Below are positions 57,188-64,000 of a stretch of DNA of 64,000 nt, one piece after another. The notes below the pieces were generated by a model. That model saw only the letters and a program-made list of their open reading frames with translations, was not told where the DNA came from and ran no database searches. This DNA is from Utricularia gibba (lineage: Eukaryota > Plantae > Magnoliophyta), in NCBI GenBank assembly GCA_002189035.1, contig NEEC01000015.1:1550001-1614000 (forward strand), written 5' to 3'. Position numbers and translations under genes: made by a program. Positions within the stretch are counted from its first letter, which is position 1. Each line of letters starts with the position of its first letter.

Positions 57188-57727
57188 TCAGAATCCACAG
57201 TCCTCTCGTTGAAGGTCGGTGGTCCCTATGCCCGAAACTTGACAATAAAAGCTAGTTTGACGGTTGTCCAGGCTACTTCATTTCTTCAACCAGCGCAAAA
57301 TTACATTGATCCTTATTACAAAACCCAATCTTTTTCACTTCTAACAAGGTGCTTCTGGTTCTGCTGAATGCCTTCTTCAAAGCTTGCTCCTGTCCAAAAC
57401 CAGTACATGGCCTGATGGGTGTTAAAGTCAATTTTGGGAAAATTTTAGATTTGATGTAAAAAATGATCAAATTTAAAAAAAAATTGAAAATATGTAAACA
57501 TTGATTTTATAATTGATCTATCAACAATTTACTTCATTTGGGAGGATGAACGATATCGTAATTTTGATTTTGATATTTATCTAAATAAAAATAATTAAAT
57601 ATATTGTTAATTAATTTATGCAAACCTAATTAAAAATGATGGGATCGAGAGGCTATTGTATAGCAAGAAAATAAAAAGATAAAAATAATGGTTTAAAAAT
57701 TTCAAATCGGGATCTGCCTCCCCATTT

Positions 57728-57736
57728 GCAACGGCT
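57728..57736 (+). promoter_or_regulatory. Possible MSA (mitosis-specific activator) element, AACGG core
   Basis: GCAACGGCT ~100 bp upstream of the kinesin-12 ATG. MSA control of G2/M phragmoplast kinesins is established, but this is a single 5-bp core. Confidence 0.3.
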
Positions 57737-57831
57737 ATTCTCCCTCTCGTCTCGTGGTCTGTATCCCGTGCCTCCTTTCTTGGGCTTCTGTCTTCTCAAG
57801 CAAATCCAAACGATATCGTTCATCCTCCCAA

Positions 57832-60800
57832 ATGAAGACTTCCGCATCCAGAAACTCGATCTTGAAGGAGACTCAAGATGTCATTCCGTCGTCCACCCCG
57901 CCTCTAAAGTCTAAAACTAACACTCCCAGGTCCAAAACCAGCAAGGAAAATGCGCCGCCGCAGTCAGCTCCAGATCCCAATTCTCCAAACATCAAGAGTC
58001 CGCTTCCACCTCGTCCGCCTCTCAAGCGCAAGCTGAGTGCTGAGTCTGCGACATCTGATAATTCTGCTCTCGCTCCAAATTCCTCAGATTCCGGGGTCAA
58101 GGTCACCTTCTGTTTCCATTTTAGTGGATGTAAAATTATAATGAACCAGATTGTTTACTGAAAATGCAGTTTTCCATGCGCACACTTGTGGTTCCTGAAA
58201 ATATGTTCTAGCTAAATTGTTGAATGCTGAAAAGCCACAGTTGTTGCTCGGTGACAATTCTTTGGAAAAAGTTGGAATGTATAAAGTATTTGATAGGTCG
58301 CGTTTTTTTTCTTTGATTCCTACCCATCTGTCTTGCTGATAGTGGAGCTTTGTGTATTTAAAAATTTCGGAGAATCCTTTGTGATCTGAAATGGACAGCA
58401 AACATATAGTATTTCTTCTCCTCAGTCATCTGATTCTGGTATCTTGTGATTGTTTTGAGTGACAATTTTTGCTGAGGAACTTATTTTCTTCTATTTATTT
58501 GATTTGTGGCTATCATGTGTATTCAGATCTTCGTGATGCTTCGAAATGAGGCAGAAGGAATTTTCATTATCAAAAGCTGATTCTTTTTTTTTCTTTTCAT
58601 TTGGCACTCTGTAGCAAGTCCCTACTTTTTGGGTTCTAGCCAACTTTTAATCTGATGATAACTTCATTAACTAGGTTGTGATACGTATCAGACCACCAAG
58701 CAGGGATGAAGAAGAAGGAGGGAATGCAATTCAAAATATTACCGAAGATTCCTTAACAATATCCGGGCAAACGTTCACGTTTGACTCGGTTGCTGATGTT
58801 CACTCAAAACAGGTAAGGTCTTTTATACTTGTTTCTCAGAATTGCTAGAGGTATTGTTTGCATATTGAAAGTCTTCTATGTTGCTGTAGATTGATATATT
58901 CCAGCATGTTGGGGCGCCTCTTGTCGAAAATTGCTTGTCAGGGTTTAACAGCTCGGTATTTGCTTACGGACAGGTATTCAATTTACTCTAAATTAACAGT
59001 TAAAAGTGTGGATTTTGTTCATACATTCATCTGCATTACTTGAGTAGACTGGAAGTGGGAAGACATACACCATTTGGGGTTCATGTAGTGCCCATTTGGA
59101 TGAGGATCAACAGGGCCTAGCTCCTCGTGTATTTCAGCGATTATTTGAGCGTATTGAGGAGGTTGGTTTTTAATCGGTGATGGGTCTTGCTGTTACTTTT
59201 CCATTTATGCGTTTTTTATTCTTCCTATGCAGGAACAAGTTAAGCATGCTGATGGACAGCTGATTTATATGTGCCATTGCTCTTTTCTTGAGGTGAAAAA
59301 CCTTTTTATTCTTGCATAAGTTTTTCATGAATTTCCTGTTAATTCACCAGTAAACACTTTGGTTATCTTAACCACAGATATACAACGAGCAAATAACTGA
59401 TTTACTGGATCCGACACATAAGAATCTTCAGGTGAAACTGCATTTTCTCCTCCTCCATAGTTTCAAAATATTTCTTATGCTAAACCTGATTTCTTTTTAT
59501 TATGTTTTTTTTCCTCTAGATAAGAGAAGATGTCCGCACTGGTGTTTATATTGAAAATTTAAGAGAGGAGTGTGTGTCTTCTATGAATCATGTTTCTCAA
59601 CTCCTTATGAAGGTAACATGCCATGTTTTCCCCAGTGCATTATGTGTACTTCCACATCCAAACGCTAAAGCATTATGTGTAGTGTGTTTGTATGGTAGCA
59701 TTCCAGCATATTCTGGTGACATGTTGGCAACATTTGATGAATTTGTTTTTCCAAATGTTACCCTTCTCTAGGCTCATCAAGCATTGTAATTCATAATGAC
59801 ATTGATGTGCTTATATCTTTGACAAGTAATACCACTTGGGAAACTTAGTTGTTATCTCAAAATTACTTTTCTAAATAATTGTGTAGGGTCTATCTAACCG
59901 GAGGACTAGCGCTACCTACTTAAATGCTGAAAGCTCTCGTTCCCACAGTGTGTTCACCTGTGTAGTTGAATCGCGCATCAAAGTAAGTACTATAATTTTC
60001 TTACTTAATAACTCCTTGATGCTTGATGATTTACATATTTTTTTACAGAGCCTTACTGATGGTGTAATGCAAATAAAGACAAGTAAAATCAATTTTGTTG
60101 ACCTGGCTGGATCTGAAAGACAAAAGCAAACCGGTGCAGTTGGAGAACGCTTGAAGGAAGCTGGGAATATTAACCGTTCTCTTTCACAATTAGGGTGAGA
60201 TAATTTACTATGATTATCCGTAGATGCTTTAGAGTTTGTATTTTTGTTCTTTTAGAATGTATATAATTTATTTATAGAGCAATCATGTGGCTATCTGATG
60301 GATATACATGTTGGATGTGCTAGTATAGGTGGAGAAGGCTTAGAAGTTTTTTTTTTTTTTTTTTTTTTGCATTTCTGTGTATGGTGACACGAACAGATTT
60401 TCCCTCTAGTTCAATAATTATGGATAAAGGATGTCATCAAAATGTTTTTGTGGAATATAAATCTTGTTGAACTACCTTTAAACACTCTTAGGCTGGTTTG
60501 TTTTATGAATACGTTTTATAGCGTTACAGCATGCACTCATGATGAGCTACTAGACAGATAGCTAGGTATTTTACTCCAACGTATTTCCAAAAACACAAAA
60601 CTGCTTGTGAACTTTTTTTTCCTGGAAAAATATCCTTTGGGTGGAGGAAAAAATTTGAATTTATGGAGGTTCTTCTAAGTAATAATTTTACAAATTCATG
60701 CACCTCCTCTTGGGAAACATGAACATTTTGGAATTCCTTAACTTGTTCTTGTAGTGACATTTTATGAATATCTGTGACTAATCCATTTTTATTTCATTTT

Positions 60801-63800
60801 CAAGGAACTTGATAAACATCCTTGCTGAAGTTTCACATGGAAAGCAAAGGCATATACCCTATAGAGATTCAAAGTTAACCTTTTTGTTACAGGAATCTCT
60901 AGGCGGTAATGCAAAGCTGGCAATGATTTGTGCGATTTCTCCTTCTCAAAGGTGAAGTCTCATTAGAAACATGCATGCAGTCGATTTTATTCATGAATGG
61001 AATCACATTAATGCTGAATCACATGTTTGAGATGCTCCTCAATTAATAAGCTATTGAATAAATCTGGTGAGACAGGTATTCTTTAAGTTGTTGAGTTAAG
61101 GAACCATGTTTTGAATAAATATGGTGAAACAATTTTTAAAGTTTTGACCGGGCTAAGAAATCATGTATCATGAGTGTTTAATGAACTCTCTATCAGAAAA
61201 TGCGTGCTACTTTGTTACCAAATGCTCAAATATGCTATTAAAGGGGTGTTGTATTTTTCTGTACTGGAGATTACCGAAATTATGCATCTTCATGCTCTGT
61301 GCGTGTTAATCCCTAAGCAAGTGTTGGATGTTAAAAAGCATACTTGTCTCCTGGACAATAGCATGTAGTGCTGACATAATTTTTTTTCTTATCTTGCTTC
61401 CATTTTTTCTACAGCTGTAAGAGCGAGACACTTAGCACTCTAAGATTCGCACAACGTGCAAAATCGATAAAGAATAGAGCTATAGTAAATGAGGAGTTGC
61501 AGGATGATGTAAATGTTCTTAGAGAGGTCATTCGGCAGTTGAAGGATGAACTCCAAAGAATCAAATCCAACACTAATCAACCTAATGAAAATGAAACTTA
61601 TGGAAATGGATGGAATGCAAGGAGAAGCCTAAATCTGCTGAGATTCAGCCTCAACAGACCCGCTGTATTGCCACATGTTGACGATGACAGTGATGAAGAA
61701 ATGGAGATCATGGATACTAATAAGGAAGTTCATTCAATCACTGAGGCAACACCTGCAGGTTCACCAGAACCAGGTTGTGAGGATTCTGATGTTAAAATGA
61801 ATGATGAAGCATCTGATGCAGCTGTTGGGATTATAAGTGAATCTGGTTGTGGAATGACAGATCAGCACATGGAATCTTCTGAAGAGAAGCCAGGTATTGT
61901 TCTAAGGATTTTTGAAAAATGCGTGCAGGAAATATGTAAAAAAGAAATTGTACTGAACAACGTTTCTATGTACCTATCAGGAGATACACTGCCAGAGCAT
62001 GATGCAAACTGCTGTGGAGATGCAACCGTTGTGGATTTCAGAGTGACTCCTGCACCCAGTATTTCACCGAGTTTGCGCACCGGAAAGGGTCTTTGGACTT
62101 CATTGCCAATAACTCCATCTGAGTGTGCACCAGGTCATGACATGCCCCTTCTGAGGCCTTCTAAATGCAAATGTTTTAAGTATCTTTCCGGTGCAAAATC
62201 TTGTGCTACATCAAATGATGATCTGGCGGCTAGAATTCATCACGGTCTTGAGATAATTCATAGCCAGTGCCTCAATCCTTCTACAAGGAAATCAGCATTT
62301 AGATTCACCTGCACTGATGCCGAAATCAAAGCAATTATCCCTGTAGTCAAAGTAGATGTTGGTGTTCAAGCTGCTCTTGGTGATCATGAGTCAAGTGACA
62401 TGGATGAATTCGGATCCCTGTGTGGAAATTGCAAGAGTATGAAGTCCCAGAAGGACCTCAATACTGAGAATGGTGATGTTTGTCGAAGTATGCAGTTAGC
62501 CCTCGAAGATGAGTCAAGTAAAACTCAAGTTCCTAAAGTACGTAAGCTGGTCTCGAGTATAGTCTTTGGAAGCCTCCTCTCTTATTCTTACACCCATAAT
62601 TTCATGATTCATCTTTCAGGAAGTAGAAAAGGTCTTGGCTGGAGCGATTAGGAGAGAGATGTCACTTGAAGAGCTCTGCTCCAAACAAAGTTCTGAGATC
62701 ATGCATCTCAACCGTTTGGTACGGAAAAAAAAGCTAAGCAAAATTCAGTTTTCATATTTTGTTAAAAGAATTAATGTGATCATTGGCTTTGAATTCAGAT
62801 CCAGCAATATAAGCACGAGAGAGAGTGTAATGAAATCATTCGTCAGCTCCGTGATGACAAAATTGCTCGGCTTGAGAGCCTTATTGATGGAATATTGCCT
62901 ACTGAAGATTTCATGGAGGAAGAAATGCGAAATCTTGCTCATGAACATAAGGTATCAGTCTTCCCATTTTCATAATAAATGGTTGAAATGGCTACTACTT
63001 CTGTGTACTATAATAAGGTATCATCCAACACTTGCAGATTCTGGTTGAAAAGTATGAAAACCATCCTGAATTAATGAGGACCAAGATTGAGTTAAAACGA
63101 GCTCAAGATGAAATTGAGAAGTATCAAAATTTTTTCGACTTCGGAGAAAGAGATGTTTTGCTGGAAGAAATACAAGACCTGAGAAATCAGCTCCAGATTT
63201 ATCTAGATTTGCCACTCAGGCAATCTAGAAGAGAAGCTCTTCCTCCATTTCTTCAGCCTGCTTCTTTATGTGAGCAACTTGATGCCCCAGGATCAACTTG
63301 CAGCATAGATAACATGCCTCATCAAGAAAGAATTCAATGGACTGAAATGGAGAGTAAATGGAATTCCCTTGTAGACGAGCTCAGAGCAGAAGTTGAGGCC
63401 AGCCGATCTATCGCTCAAAAGCAAATGGATGAGTTGGATATGGAGAAAAAATGTTCTGAGGAGCTCAAGGAAGCCATGACCATGGCAATGCAGGGTCATG
63501 CACGCATGCTTGAACAGTACGCCGACCTGGAAGAGAAGCACATCTTATTGCTTGCTAGGCATAGAAAGTTTCAAGACGGAGTCCATGATGTCAAGAAAGC
63601 AGCTGCAAAGGCTGGAGTAAGAGGTGCTGCATCAAAATTTATCAATGCACTTGCTGCAGAAATATCTTCCTTGAAAGTGGAAAGGGAAAAGGAGAGACGT
63701 TACTTGCGAGATGAAAACAAAGGGCTTCAGGAGCAGCTGCGGGACACCGCCGAAGCTGTTCAAGCTGCCGGCGAGTTATTGGTGCGGCTCAAGGAAACTG

Positions 63801-64000
63801 AGGAAGCTTTAGCGGCTGAACAGGTAAACTAACTCCTTACACATGACACAAACATCTATTTTAGGAGTCCAATTCTTTTACAGAGACATCATCTGAGAAC
63901 TAGAACCCTCTAGCGCTGACTAACTCTAATTATTTGTACATTTCTATTTAGATTCACTCATGTTCTAGTGTTCTCCATCGTGCAGAAACGGGTAAGGGTA
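57832..64000 (+). CDS. KIN12B: Phragmoplast-associated kinesin-12 (PAKRP1/PAKRP1L type); 3' end runs off the window
   Basis: [13 protein letters not shown]...SKENAPP...[14 protein letters not shown]...SDSGVK|VVIRIRP, P-loop [13 protein letters not shown], switch [12 protein letters not shown], switch [24 protein letters not shown], coiled-coil tail ([16 protein letters not shown]). KIN12A versus KIN12B is not resolved. Confidence 0.93.

Overview
Gene-dense nuclear DNA from a flowering plant. It is probably an asterid/Lamiales-like eudicot with compact introns, but the species is inference only. About 15 spliced or intronless protein-coding loci are supported, in order: an ATG27/MRH-domain membrane protein (partial), CRY2, PHT1 copy A, an LRR-XII receptor kinase, PHT1 copy B, a GDSL-fold protein, SBE3, pTAC5, BAGP1, RPN2, UBP1/2, a small TM/coiled-coil protein, the tandem-kinase RLK S.2, THIM and KIN12A/B (partial). 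No rRNA, tRNA or CRISPR array was recognised. The accessory part is 7-19.5 kb. Two PHT1 paralogues sandwich an immune-type non-RD receptor kinase whose kinase domain is split by a 452-bp solo-LTR-like insertion with a target-site duplication plus a nearby deletion. PHT1-B is divergent and sits head-to-head with a secreted GDSL protein that lacks the catalytic Ser. Five apparent frameshifts, one in the essential RPN2 gene, are all single-base losses in G/C homopolymers and are most likely assembly errors. I found no clearly new biological system; the best leads are the split receptor kinase, the Ser-less GDSL and the putative phosphate-regulated PHT1/RLK/GDSL cluster. Exon coordinates were read by hand.
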